Positions 1 through 12,775 of a stretch of DNA of 64,000 bases are shown here, piece by piece (the first letter of the stretch is position 1; every line of letters begins with the position of its first letter). The position numbers and the translations under genes are program-made. Under the pieces are notes generated by a model. That model worked only from the letters and a program-made list of their open reading frames with translations. It ran no database searches and had not been told where the DNA came from. The DNA is from Mobula hypostoma (Eukaryota), in assembly GCF_963921235.1 (NCBI RefSeq), contig NC_086097.1, forward strand, positions 223,140,001 through 223,204,000. Direction: 5' to 3'.

Positions 1-132
1 GGCTGATGTGTGGGCTACTTAGTGTACCATCCCTCATGGTAGGTTCATGCAGAAGTTTAAGATCCATGGTGACTTGGCAGTTTTGTATTCGGAGTTATCT
101 TTCCCATATGAGAGAAGGTAGTAGTTTTATAG

Positions 133-1001
133 CAGCGGTCCCCAACCACCAGGTCGCAAGGAAACGATATGAGTCAGCTGCACCTTTCCTCATTCCCTGT
201 CACGCACTGTTGAACTTGAACATGGGGTTGCCAACTGTCCTGTATTGCTGGGACATCCTGTATATTGGGCTAAATTGGTTTGTCCCATACAGGACAGCCC
301 TTGTCCCGTATTTCCCCCCGCTAAGGTAGAGCGTTCCTATGAAACTTTTCGTGTTGAAATGGCATAAAGTGAAGAAGCATTAATTTATATGGGGAAAAAT
401 TTGAGCGTTCCCAGACCCAAAAAAATAACCTACCAAATAATACGTAAAACCTAAAATAACACTAACGTATAGTAAAAGCAGGAATGATATGATAAATACA
501 CAGCTTATATAAAATAGAAATAATATATGTACAGCATAGTTGGGAAGATTAAGCCAAAACCGATTTGTTGGGGGGGGGGGGGGGAAAAATCGGCACGTAC
601 GCACATGTGCACGCCACACGCGCAGTCATGCGTGTGCACACAGGTGCCCGTGCAAGGCTTCATGGTCATGGTAGTCTTTCCTGAGGTAAACACAAGTGTC
701 CCGTCAACGCGCAGAAAAAATGCTGGTGAACGCAGCAGGCCGGGCAGCATCTATAGGAAGAGGTACAGTCGATGTTTCGGGCCAGGACCCTTCGTCAGGA
801 TTTGACTGTTACTTTTCTCCCTTATTTGGGAGTGAGAAAGTTGGCAACCCTGACTGTAAAAGAGATGCTGAGGTGAGTTTAACCCTACTTGAACACTCCA
901 CACCTCCCCCACCCCCCCCCCCCCGGCCCCAGTCGGGCGGTCCGCAAGAATATTGTCAATATTCAACCGGTCCGCAGTGCAAAAAAGGTTGGGGACCCCT
1001 G
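133..1001. mobile_element. Composite hAT (Charlie-like) MITE
   Basis: TIRs CAGCGGTCCCCAACC / GGTTGGGGACCCCTG. 8-bp TSD TTTTATAG / GTTTATAG (7 of 8). Interrupts a CR1 fragment. Confidence 0.85.
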
Positions 1002-3349
1002 GTTTATAGGACTGCTTGATGTCTGACTCAGCATGTTCTGAAGGGATCCATACTGGGACCTCTTCTTTGTGTACTGCTATTTTATGTTAATGTCTTCAAT
1101 GAAGACAATTTGCTTTTTGGTTCAAGCTTGCCAACTTGTAAGCATTTCTACTAGAGTAGCTATCCTGCAAGTGTACTTTGTTAACTGGAAATGCTTTAGA
1201 GGATCCAGAGATCTTTAAAGTAGTCATGTAAATATAATTGCCGTATATCTAAGGTGTACGTAAACATTCTTCAAGTTAGCTGTATGGTAGATTAGTTTAC
1301 ACTTTGGCAGGTAGTATATGTAGATCCATCTTTCTTGTTCCAAACATTCTCACGTGGGGTGTTTCTTTGCACTCCCATGGCCTAAATCCACAAAGTAAGC
1401 TAAAGCTAGCAATTTCGTAAATTGTTCTAATTGAAGTTCTTTATTGATAAGTTGTGCTGGGCTTTTTATGGGCAAATTTTGTTTAATCATTCACTGGTCC
1501 ATTTAATCCATTCTTAAAACTGCAAGTATAATTTAGAAGATAGTTAATAGGATCAGATCTTAGTTGATGTATGCAAATTATTACATTTTTGTGATTCATG
1601 AGTCTTAAGGTGAATCTAATTGCATATCTCTTTCAAAATATAACATTTAATGTTATTGGCTTAGGCTCAATATAGAAAATGGCAAAAGCCTGTTGCTTGC
1701 CATGTAAGTGAAATGCACAAAAGTTGGATAGTTATTTGAGGAGCAGGTGAAGATAATTGACCCTCTGTCACTGCCCTGAACTCCTACAGTAATTTCCTGG
1801 GGTTGAAATTAGTTCTAGCAGTCGTGATCATCCTTTGAGCCCTGCCAGTGGAATATCTGCTCTGATTCCAATTAACATTTTTGATAGCTAAGTCTCCATT
1901 GCCACATCATGCTCTCCTATGGTTAATTGTATCTGAAGGAAAAAGTAGAATCTTACCAATTAGATGATCAATCAAAGTTTATAGTACAATCATTGATACA
2001 ATGGGCTACTGTGTTTAAATCATTCCATCATTCTAACAGAAGCTATTTGGGGGAGCAAGAGACAAATGGTCAACTGTTATTGTAGAGTGGCCAGTGTGTA
2101 TAAATTCCCATAAACAAAAGTTAGTACTCTATGGCCTTGATGTCTTGTAATTAGGTATTTGTATATCATATTTAGATCCAAACTTGCTTTTGAAAGTAAG
2201 TATCCATCTTGCAGTGCCTGAACTGAAATACCTTTTATATTTAAAATTGTTCTTTTCTAATTTAATACAAATTTTAGACTAGTTTTTACTTCATGCAATG
2301 GAAGAGCTATGCTTGAGCATTCCTGGCTAATTACCAATTTTTGTAATTTGGTACTGACTCTTGCATGCAAGATTAATTTTAATTCTCAAATTTATGTTGT
2401 CAGCTAACTTTATGGGAGGCTTGAATGTTTTGATTAACATAATCTTGACTATCTGCCAGAAATACCATTAAATGTGTCAATGATATTAAAGTTTGTCTGG
2501 AGGTGAATTCTTTTGTTTGGATATTATACCCAGTTTTGAGAGGCGTGGAGGAAATGGACCCAGAACATTTTAAAATCAAACCTGTATTGTAAGTTGTTTG
2601 CCACAATCATCACTCACCAAGCATGAAATATTGTTAGTCAATCTATGGGGAATGATATTTTGGGCTAAATATTTATTGTGATGTACTTGATGATAAAGGG
2701 ATAGATTTTAAATCCTTGGACTTGGCATACTATTGATTTGGATGGGAGCCATCTGTTATTGTTTTACTCATAAAAATGGACTAAAAAAAAAACTGGAAAA
2801 TTTTGTTCGCTGGCTTCAGGAAAAAGTCTGTTTAACATTCTGTGCTTTAATGATGGTTGTGCCGATCTGTGCAATAATCCATCCTTTTTGAAAGTTACAA
2901 TAAACAGACTCAAATCTGCAGCCAGAATATCAAACGGCCTCTTTATTACAGAAGATTAAGGGGATTATCCAATGTCACAGTTTGCTTGATCATTCTACCA
3001 TCTCAAAAAGAAGATCAAAGGATCTTGGAACTAATCAGATTTAGAAATAATTTTATATGAATTTAATGAAGTGTCTTAATTTTTCATTTTTCAGAAGTAT
3101 TAAATATTTGGGAAGTATCTATCTGATGCTTCAAACAAGATTTTGTAAGGATCCATTGTGGATCTTGTTAAAGTGTGGATTTGGTGGAGATCTGTTGCAT
3201 TTCTAGCTAAACACTCTTGTGTTTGTATGTAACCAACCTCAAGTTAAATAATACATCAAATGTTGATAAAAGTGGTGTTAATTTTTAAATGCTTTTTAGC
3301 TCAGCTCTTTTAAAAAAAAAATAAAAGATAGTATCAAATTAAAAGCTCA

Positions 3350-4715
3350 TTTATAAAGTTGCGAAGAGTAGTGGGAGACTGGAGGATAGGGAAAACTTTA
3401 AAGCAACAGAACAATTAAAAAAGGAAAGGGAAGAGTATGAAAGTAAATTAGCATAAAATATAAAAACAGATAGCAAAAATTTTTGCTTAAGTGGAAGAGG
3501 GTGGCTGAATTTAACATGGGTCCCTTGGAAGATGAGAAAGGGAAATTGATATTGGGTGATAAGGAAATGGCTGAGGCATTGAATGACTATTTTGTGTCTG
3601 TCTTCATGGTGGAAGACACATCTAATATGCCAAAGAATGATGTAGACAAAATGGGAGGTGAGCACCTCGATAAAATCACTGTCACTGAAGATGTAGTGAT
3701 GAACAAACTAGAGGGCTTGAAGGTAGAAAAGTCCCCGGTCCTGATGAGATGCATCCCAGGGTGCTGAGGGAATTGGCGGAGGTTATAGTAGACACATTGG
3801 TAATCATTTACCAAAACTCTCTAGACTCTGGGCAGGTCCTGGCGAATTGGAAGACAACAAATGTCATGCCACTTTTTAAAGGATGTAGGCAAAAGGCAGG
3901 TGACTATAGACCAGTTAGCTCAACATCTGTAGTGGGGATAATGCTTGAAGCTGTCATTAGGAAGAAATAGCGAAACATTTAGAAAGGAGTGGTTCCATTA
4001 GACAGACACAGCATGGATTCAGAAAGGGCAGGTCCTGTTTTACAAACTTACTGGAGTTCTTTGAGGACATAATGAGTGCAGTGGATAGAGGGGAACAGGT
4101 GGATGTCGTATACTTGGATTTCCAGAAGGCGTTCGATAAAGTGCTGCACAAGAGACTTATAAATAAGATACAGATGCATGGAGTTGGAGGAAGTATATTG
4201 GCATGGATAGTGGATTGGTTAACCAATAGAAGGCACAGTTGGTATAAATGGGTGTTTCTCCAGTTGGCAGTCGGTGGTGAGTGGGGTGCTGCAGGGGTCG
4301 GTGCTGGGCCTGCAGCTGTTTACCATTTACATTGATGATTTGGAAGAGGGGGCTGAGTGTAGCATAGCAAAATTTGCTAATAACACTGAACTGAGTGGAA
4401 AAGCAAATTGTACAGAGGACGTGGAGAGTCTGCAGAGGGATATAGATAAGTGAGTGGGCAAAGGTCTGGCAGATGGAATACAATGTTGGTAAATGCGAGA
4501 TCATCCACTTTGGAAGGAATAATAGAAGAGCAGATTATTTAAGTGGTGAAAGATTGCAGCATGCTATTGTGCAGAGGGACTTGGGAGCGCTTGTTCATGA
4601 ATTGCAAAATGTTGGCTTGCAGGTACAACAGGTTATTAAGAAATCAAACGGAATGTTGGCCTTCATTGCTAGAGGGATTGAATTCAAGAGCAGGGAGGTC
4701 ATGCTGCAACTATAC
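3350..4715 (+). mobile_element. CR1 LINE ORF2 (RT) fragment, degenerate
   Basis: LHPRVL/NYRPVS-like motifs, QHGF, DVVYLDFQKAFDKV across frameshifted ORFs. Confidence 0.92.
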
Positions 4716-5210
4716 AGGGGACCGCTTCGTCAAGCACCTCCACTCCGTCCGCCACAACAGACAGGATCTCCCGGTAGCCACCTACTTCAACTCTGCTTCC
4801 CATTCCCATTCAGATGTCCATACATGGCCTCTACTGGCATGATGAGGCTTAACTCAGGTTGGAGGAGCAACACCTCATATACCATCTAGGTAGTCTCCAG
4901 CCCCTTGGTATGAACATAGAATTCTCCAACTTCTGGTAATTCTCTCCCCCTCCCTTCCTCTATCCCTATTTTGCATCACCTCCCTCCTAGTTCTGCCTCC
5001 TTCTACTATTGTTCTCCTGCCAATCACCTCCCTGCTTCCCCTCCCCCACCCCTTTGTCTTAAAAATTACTTCTTTTTTCAACTACCTGCATTCTCAAACC
5101 CTTCCCAAAGTTCTTCCTTCAGTCCTGACAAAGGGTTTCGGCCCGAAACGTTGACTAATCTTTTCAACTGATGCTGACTGACCCGCTGAGTTCCTCCAGC
5201 GCATTGAGCG
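4716..5210 (+). mobile_element. Penelope-like element 3' fragment (GIY-YIG C-terminus plus 3' repeat with hammerhead motif)
   Basis: GDRFVKHLHSVR...PVATYFNSASHSHSD, pyrimidine-rich tract, AGTCCTGACAAAGGGTTTCGGCCCGAAACGTTGACT. Confidence 0.8.
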
Positions 5211-5289
5211 CTCCTGCTCTTTTTTCTTGTGTTTATGTTCTTATGAAAGCTTCTACTTCAGAACTAATGCTGGTATTTGGGCAGAACAG

Positions 5290-6205
5290 ACAGTCAATGG
5301 ATGTTCACTAGGATTTTCAGAAGGCCTTTGACAAGGTGACACCACATGAGACTGATAAACAAGATGAGAGCTCATCTTACTACTGGAAAGACATTAACAT
5401 GGATAGAAGATTGGCTGTCTGGCAGGAGTTAGAGTGGGAATAAAGGGATCCTTTTCAGGGTAACTGGTGACTAGTAATATTCTGCAGAGGTCTGTTGGGA
5501 TGATTTTTTTAACATGTCAATTATTTGGATCGTGGAATTGATAGCTTTGAGGAGGAGCAGATAGTGTTGAGGAAGCAATAAGCCTGCAGAAAGACTTAAA
5601 CAGGTTGCGGGAATGGACAAGGAAGTGGTAGGTGGTATATAGTGTAGGGAAGATTATGGCCATGCACTTTGTAAGAAGGAATAAAGGCATAGAGTGGGGA
5701 GCAAATTCAGAAATCAGTGGTGCAAAGGGACTTGGGAGCCCTTGTGCTGGATTCCCTAAAGGTTAATTTGTAGGTCGAGTCAGTGGTAAGGAAGGCAAAT
5801 GCAATGGTAGCATTCATTTCAAGAGGACTATAATATAATGCTGAGACTGAGGCATTGGTCAGACTGCACTTGCAGTATTATGAGCAGTTTTGGACCCTAT
5901 TCTAAGAAAATACGTCAAAGTTTTGTGATGATGGTTCTTGGAATAAGAGGGTTAACATGAGGGTTAACATTTGAAGAATGAAGGGTGAGGTCTCATTGAA
6001 TATTGAAAAACCTAAATTGAGCGAATGTGGAGAGGATGTTTCCTATAATGGGGGAATCTAGAACCTGAAGCAGAGTAAGGGTGTCAAATGTTACAGGGAG
6101 AAATTAGAATGGGATTGAGAGGGATAATAAATCAGCTATGCTGGAATGGTGGAGCAAATTCAATGGGTCAAAATGGCCTAATTCTGCTCCTATGTCTTGT
6201 GTTCT
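5290..6205 (+). mobile_element. Old CR1 3' fragment
   Basis: DFQKAFDKV-like start and the CR1 3' end ...GGCCTAATTCTGCTCCTATGTCTT. Confidence 0.8.
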
Positions 6206-7714
6206 TGTGGCTTATTTCAGCTTGAATAACTTAATCATAAGAGTCATTGCTCTTCCTCAGTAGCTGTTTAACATGGAATGAGGAAATAATTCACCAGAAT
6301 TATGTTCATTGACCAAAACTGTCACCATTTCAAGATGGTGTTTAATGGGATGGTAAAGACTAAGGTGCTAGCTTCTGTACGCTGGCCCTAAGTAAATAGA
6401 TGAAGAAATTGTTTTGAAAAGGCAACTTCATTGTCAAGGGATAGAATTTACAGTCTTAGAGCCCATAGCCTCCATTTAACAATCTTCATGTGGAGACTGA
6501 GGAATGGGCATGTACTTCAGTATTCATTCAGTCCTAGCAGCATGTGTGAGGCAGTGAGGGAAAAGGCCCTTTTTGGGATCCATGGACACAAGGTGTAAAT
6601 TGTTTTAGATTGAAGGTACTACCTGGGGAAATTCTGTTTTCCTAGCTAAAGTCCCATTTTCTACTTGTTCCTTTTTTTCTACACTCCGCTTCCTCAAGTA
6701 CACGAGTGAATAGATTCAAGCCTAGATTTTTCCATTATCTTGAATGCACCTTTTGTGTTTGGTCATTGCTTTTGATGCAAGGAAACCAGTCTGGCTTGAA
6801 GTTGGTCATTGTGATAGTGGTGACAGTACAATTATTTGGACCAAATTACTAGTGCTTCTGAACATGCTTTCTTATGAATGATTTAAAGATTTCATTCGAA
6901 GTATTAAATATTAAAAGGGAACTTTTCTGTCTAAGTAATCAGAAATTGCATGCATAACATTGGTATTTCCATCCAGTTTCTTTCACTTGATGCTGCAGTT
7001 ACAGTAATTCACTTTAGTCTTTGAACTGAACCCTTTAATACTCTAAATTCAGCTGTAATACTTAATGCCTTTTCTAAAAGTGTAATGTTTAACAAAAACC
7101 TAGCTAGCATACATAGATACTAGATAGATTTAAGAACACAAATTCCTTTTTTTTTTACTCCATTCTCATGTATACTAGTGCTTTTTTTTTAAATATAAAA
7201 AAAAACAAGCAACTGTTCCTATTGTGAACAGATAGGAATCTTGTCAGTGGTTTGCTTTTGTTTGAGTAAAAATTCAAGATGAAACTATAGAAATAGTTTC
7301 TGTACTTTTTACTTCAGAAATATGACTGGATTTTGAAGTATACCATAAGGTTTGGATCTTGTTACAACATTCCCAGTCTTTTGTAAATTTTTAAATGGGT
7401 AGTATATGATCCTTCTTGCTAGGATTAATTCTCATAATATTGAGAACTAGGTTTCTTACAGAATTCCTGTTGCTGGCCTTCATGCCTACTACCTGCCAAT
7501 GAACATCAGACTTTCCGATGGAAAAATAAATTTTAGTATTTTTTTACTCCAACTGGTGCTTTATTGCCGGCAAGGATATAGGTTTTAAAGGCAATTTCCT
7601 GTTGGCTTGTGTAAATTCCTGTGTGAGTGTATTTGGCGATTCTTTTTCATCTGTTCATTTTTAAACTAATCTATTAATTTGCAGAAAGTGGGAAATTTGA
7701 AAATTTTTTGTGGT

Positions 7715-7775
7715 CACATCAGACTGCACTACCCTTCCCTCAAAGGGTGCCCCAACGGGTCACCCCATTGTTTAG
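7715..7775 (+). mobile_element. Isolated Helitron 3' terminus
   Basis: Near-identical to 15286-15350, including the hairpin GGGTGCCCC-AAC-GGGTCACCC, ending TTAG|T. Confidence 0.7.
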
Positions 7776-9149
7776 TAAAGACAATAATCTTTGTCCTTGC
7801 TGAATAGGCTTGTGCAAATCGCTTTCCAACTAAATTAAATTATTACGGTGCAGTAAAATTGGACTATCTGCTCATGATCCATTTTACTTGTAATGAAGCA
7901 CGATACCTCTGACAACCACAGTGGCACTTGCCTCCTTGTTCACTATAAATGTCTGCAATCTTCTAGCAGGCTCTTCCCAGGAAAGGTTGCACATTCAACC
8001 AGAAATATTTTCTGCTGTTTGGTAGATTAATATTGGTCTAAAATCTTTTATAGAATCGTATGTTTACAGCATGGAAGCAAACACTTGGTTCACTCTATCT
8101 ATACTAACTATTTTGCCTGTCCATATTAGTTCCATAGATCTCAATGCCTTGCTCATACAAGTACATGTCCAGATGCCCTCTAAATTTTGCTGTTTCTGCT
8201 TCCTACACCTGTTGCAGCTTCTGAAGTGATTACTGGACTCTTAACTCCCTATTGTTTGAAAGCTTGTTACAGTGCAAATGTACTATTTGTGAGATCTGTC
8301 ATAGTTTGGTTTAGATATTTTAAATGCTTTGAAATGTTAAGTCCTTGATAATCAGGATCAGATGAAGTTTCTGCTGTGTAGATATGCATCATTTGCAAGT
8401 ATTTTCTTTAGAAATAGCAGCGGAAAATCTGGGCCAATAAGCTTTGCACGAAGCAATGAAAACTTCTCTCATTGCAATTTGTCTTGGACTTCAATATGAT
8501 TTCAATATTCCCTTATCAGGTTATGATCTGTATTTGGGATTAATTATTTCAGCTTTACTTTGTTGTACTTAGGCAGTGGAAATACTATTATTCCAGAATG
8601 GTTTGCCAACATTCCAGAAATTATTTTTGCAAATGTCGAGGATTGGCAACAAGAACTTTTGTTGCTTTCATTGATCTGCTACAGGTCTTTTTAATCCAGG
8701 GTCATTGTCATAACTGAGTCATCTTAAATCAATTCAACTGATTGAAGATGACTTAATTAGTTGCTGAAACATGTTTCCCAGCTAATGGATTCAATCAAAT
8801 CATGCCTCTTGTAGATTTGAGCATATAATTAAAGATTGCTTCACTTTGGTATTTGTATTGGTCAAGATGTCTATCTTGAAATTAGGTTATTAATCAAAGC
8901 AATAAATGTTTGTGGACAAACACAATGATCCATTGATAGTGACTGAAGTTGTTGAAGACATTTGTTTTACTGTGGGACTGCTATATTGACATGTTTTGAA
9001 TGCCATGTGGATGTGGTCGAATACCTTTTTTATAAATGAGGTTAACGTGACATGGAATTATTACTGATTGTGAGCTCATGTTGTAGTACCAAGTCTCTCA
9101 CCCAACACTAGAGAAAAGTTGGTAGAGAAGCTTTGATAGTAGGTAGTGT

Positions 9150-11810
9150 TGAATAGAACATGGGACATTACAGCACGGTAAGATGTGCTGATCTTTTAAC
9201 CTACTCTAGGATAAATCCAACCCTTCCCTTCTATGTATCCCTCCATTTTTCTATCATCCATGTGCCTATCTAAGGGTTTAATTACTCTAAATGTATCTGC
9301 TCTATTTCTACCCAGGCCGTGCATTCCACGCTCTGTGTAAAGAACTTGTCTCCCCATACTTGCATCCCCCTCCCCATACTTTGCTCCAGTCACCTTATAA
9401 TTATGCCCCATTGTATTAGCTATTTCTGCCCTGGGAAAAAGTCTCTGGCTATCTATTGCCTGTTATTGATTGGTACACCTCTATCAAGTCACCTCTCATC
9501 CTCTCTATAGCAAGTAGCCTTATCTTGTTCAACCTGTCTTCCTCAGACATGCCCTCTAGTCCAGGGAGCATACTTGTAAATCTGCTCTGCACCATCCCTA
9601 AAGATTCCACATCCTTTCTATTATGAGACAATTGGAACTAAACAGTGTTCCAAGTGTGGCCAAATTAGGGTTTTATAGTGCTGCAACACTACCACATAGC
9701 TCTTGAAATCAATCCCTTGACTAATGAAGACCAACACACCACAGACCTTAACTACCCTACCAACTTCTGCAGCAACTTTGAGGGCTTGATGGGTGTGGAC
9801 CCCAAGATCCCTCTGTTCCTCTATACTGCTAAGAAACCTGCCATTAACCCCTGGTTCTGCCTTCAAATTTGACCTTCCAGAATGAATCACTTAATACCTT
9901 TCTGGGTTGAACTCCATCTGTCACTTCTCAGCACATCTCTGAAACTTGTCAATGTCCCGTTACAACCTACAACACCCCTCCACATTACGCACCACTTCAT
10001 CAACCTCTGCAACATTTGTAGATTTACTAACCCACCTTCCACTTATCAAGTTATTTATAAAAATCACAATGAGCTAGGGTGCCAGAACAGATTCCTACAA
10101 AACATGACTGGTCACTTACCTCCAGGCAGAATACTCTCCATCTACTACCACCCTCTGCTTCTATGGATAAGCCAATTCTGTATCCACACAGGCAAGTTTC
10201 CCTGGATCTCTTGCCTCCTGACTTTCTGAATGAGACCATGGGAACCTTGTCAAACACCTTACAAAAATCCATTTACACCACATTCATTGCTTTACCTTCA
10301 TCAATGCCCTTTGTCACATCCTCAAAGAATTCACTCAGCCATGCTGTCTACCCTTAATCAGACTATGCTTCTCCAAATACTCAAATCTTGTCTCTAAGAA
10401 TCTTCTCGTCAATAAATTACCAACAACTGAAGCAAGACTCACTGATCTATGTTTCCCAGTTATCCCCATTCCCTTTTTTTTTGAAGCACAACATAATATT
10501 TGCCACCCTCCAATCATCTGGTACTACTGTTGTGGCCAGTGAGGACAGAAAAAAATCAGTTGAAGGTGCAGCAATCTCTTCTCACTTCCTGTTGTAACCT
10601 GAGGTATATTTTGTCTGTCCCTGGCGACTTGTCTATCCTAATGCTTTTCAAAACTTTCACAAGCACATCCTCTTAACAACAACATATTCAAGCATATCAG
10701 CCTGTTGTATGCTGTCCTTAGAATCATCCCGGTCCCCCTCAATGGTGAATACTGAAGCAAAGTATTCATTAAGGACCTCCCCTACCACCTCCAACCCTAG
10801 GCACATGTTTCCTCTACCTGACCAGTCCTTCCCTCACTCTAGTTGTCCTTCTGTTTTTCACGTACATATAGAGTGCCTTGGCAATTGCCTTAAGGCCAAT
10901 GTATACTTCTGCATCAAATCTACACTGTAGGTATGGTGTACCCTACACCGTAGCCTGACACACACCTCCCCAAAAATGTAACTACATGTCGCAGCAACGC
11001 AGACCGCAACAACTGTGATTGGTCCGCTTGGTAGCATCGTATTTCCTCCTACACTGCAATAGCTTCCCATTGGGCAACTGAAGGGCAGGGAAGGTACTCT
11101 GGCTGCAATGCTTTTCATAAAGCTTTACAGATCTCTGAAATTATGGAGGACCCTGTGCTTGATGCCAGTTTGTAGCTAGCTGCTACAGCCTGTTAACTTC
11201 CAGCTGAAGCTAAAACTCAAATGATGATTGCCAGTCCCTGAGTATACTGTGCGTACACTGATGCGAAATAAATGGTTGAAGACGATGAACCAAATTGTCA
11301 AATCAACCTGCCAGCATCCGAAAATATTTGAAACGCGTTTCTTCGTCCATGTCTCTGTTGCCGGACAAGCACAGCAAATTCACCCTCCTTCAGTTTCAGT
11401 CGCCATTGTTTGAAGTTTGAGTTTCTTTGTGTTGAGTTTCAACACGAAGAAACTCAACACAGTGGCATAGAAACCCCTCCGCCAACTAGCGTTTTGGCGG
11501 TGAATTTCAGAGCGATACAGACACACCAACGCACAAGTACAATGGCATAGGCTACTATGCAGAAGTATAAATCAGCCTTTAATCATACTCACCAAGACCT
11601 TCGTTTAGCTCTCAGTCCCTTTATATTTTCTTTCCTGGCTACCATATGACTTTTAAGAGCCCTGTCTGATTTTTTCTAAATCTTTAGAATACTTCCTCTT
11701 TCCCCTTGAATAAATGCTCAACTTTTCTTGTCAACCATGGTTCCTTCACCCTACCATACTCTTTCTGTCTCAGTAAGACAAACCTATCCAGACCCAGTGG
11801 TACTTTAACT
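9150..11810 (-). mobile_element. Degenerate CR1 LINE interrupted by the Harbinger MITE
   Basis: Minus-strand RT remnants MDFCKVFDKVP, QSRFTSMLPGL, RGDLIEVY. Confidence 0.85.
10893..11578. mobile_element. PIF/Harbinger-type MITE nested in a CR1
   Basis: About 22-bp TIRs AGGCCAATGTATACTTCTGCAT / ATGCAGAAGTATAAATCAGCCT and a TTA duplication on both sides. The CR1 sequence resumes after it. Confidence 0.85.
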
Positions 11811-12109
11811 GGAACTAGTGTCTTAGTACTGCTTTGGAGAAGTTGATAAGCAATATGAATTTCCTGTTTTTTTTTTCCTATTGAAGCCATTTAAAATTAA
11901 CTGTGCTAGATTGTACAAAGTTAAATTATTTTTGTTTCAATTGTTACTAGAAGATTCAGATATTAAAATCCTCTTTCTGAAAATATGAATTATCCTTTGG
12001 TTACAAATGTCCAATTAATGGACACCCTGTAGAAATGAAGAAGCACATGGGAGATGGCCAGGATTGATTTGCTGGCTTCTGTAGGCATCTTCTGCTCGAA
12101 GGGAAAGGC

Positions 12110-12775
12110 ATTTCCATGTCCCACTGATCTGGGCTGACATTTACGTGCCAGGCGGCACCTAATTAATTAGCTTGTTTATTTTGGCTTTTTTCTTAAAGAT
12201 GTGTTGGGTGTGTCCCGGCTACTACTGTACCCCTGCATGCTTCACAGCAATGTATCGGTCAGTGGCTGGGAGGGTGGGGGCCACTGCACCACCCAAACCT
12301 CTGACTCAGCCTAACAAACTATCATCAGTGTGCTCGGTGCTGTCTTCCCAATTCCAGTAAGTGATACTACACAGTACATACATTATTTCTACTTTATATA
12401 GGCTGTGTATTTTTGTGTTGTTTGGTATGATTTGGCAGCTTCCTAGCTTAAAGGTTATTGGAGAGAGTGTTTTTGCCGATGGTGCTTGCGTGAGATTTTC
12501 GCTACGGAGAACAGTGCGGCAATGATTGCAGAAAAGTATTTCTGCTTTATATAGGTTGTGTATTTATCATATCATTCCTGCTTTTACTATATGTTACTGT
12601 TATTTTAGGTTTTATGTGTTATTTGGCATGACTTGGTAGGTTATTTTTTGGGTCTGCGAACGCTCACAGATTTTTCCCATGTAAATAAGTGGCAATTGCT
12701 TCCTCACTTTATGACATTCCAGCTTCTGAACCATTTCATAGGAATGCTCTACTTTCGGGTGGCGGGGAAAACCTG
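12110..12775. mobile_element. Truncated TcMar/Tigger-like non-autonomous element (one end preserved)
   Basis: Ends GCGGGGAAAACCTG|TA. Its last ~230 bp are the reverse complement of 310-515. Confidence 0.6.

Noticed and set aside
4473..4889. Apparent CR1-Penelope fusion ORF
   Set aside because: A chance in-frame junction of two decayed fragments, with no sign of a functional chimeric protein.
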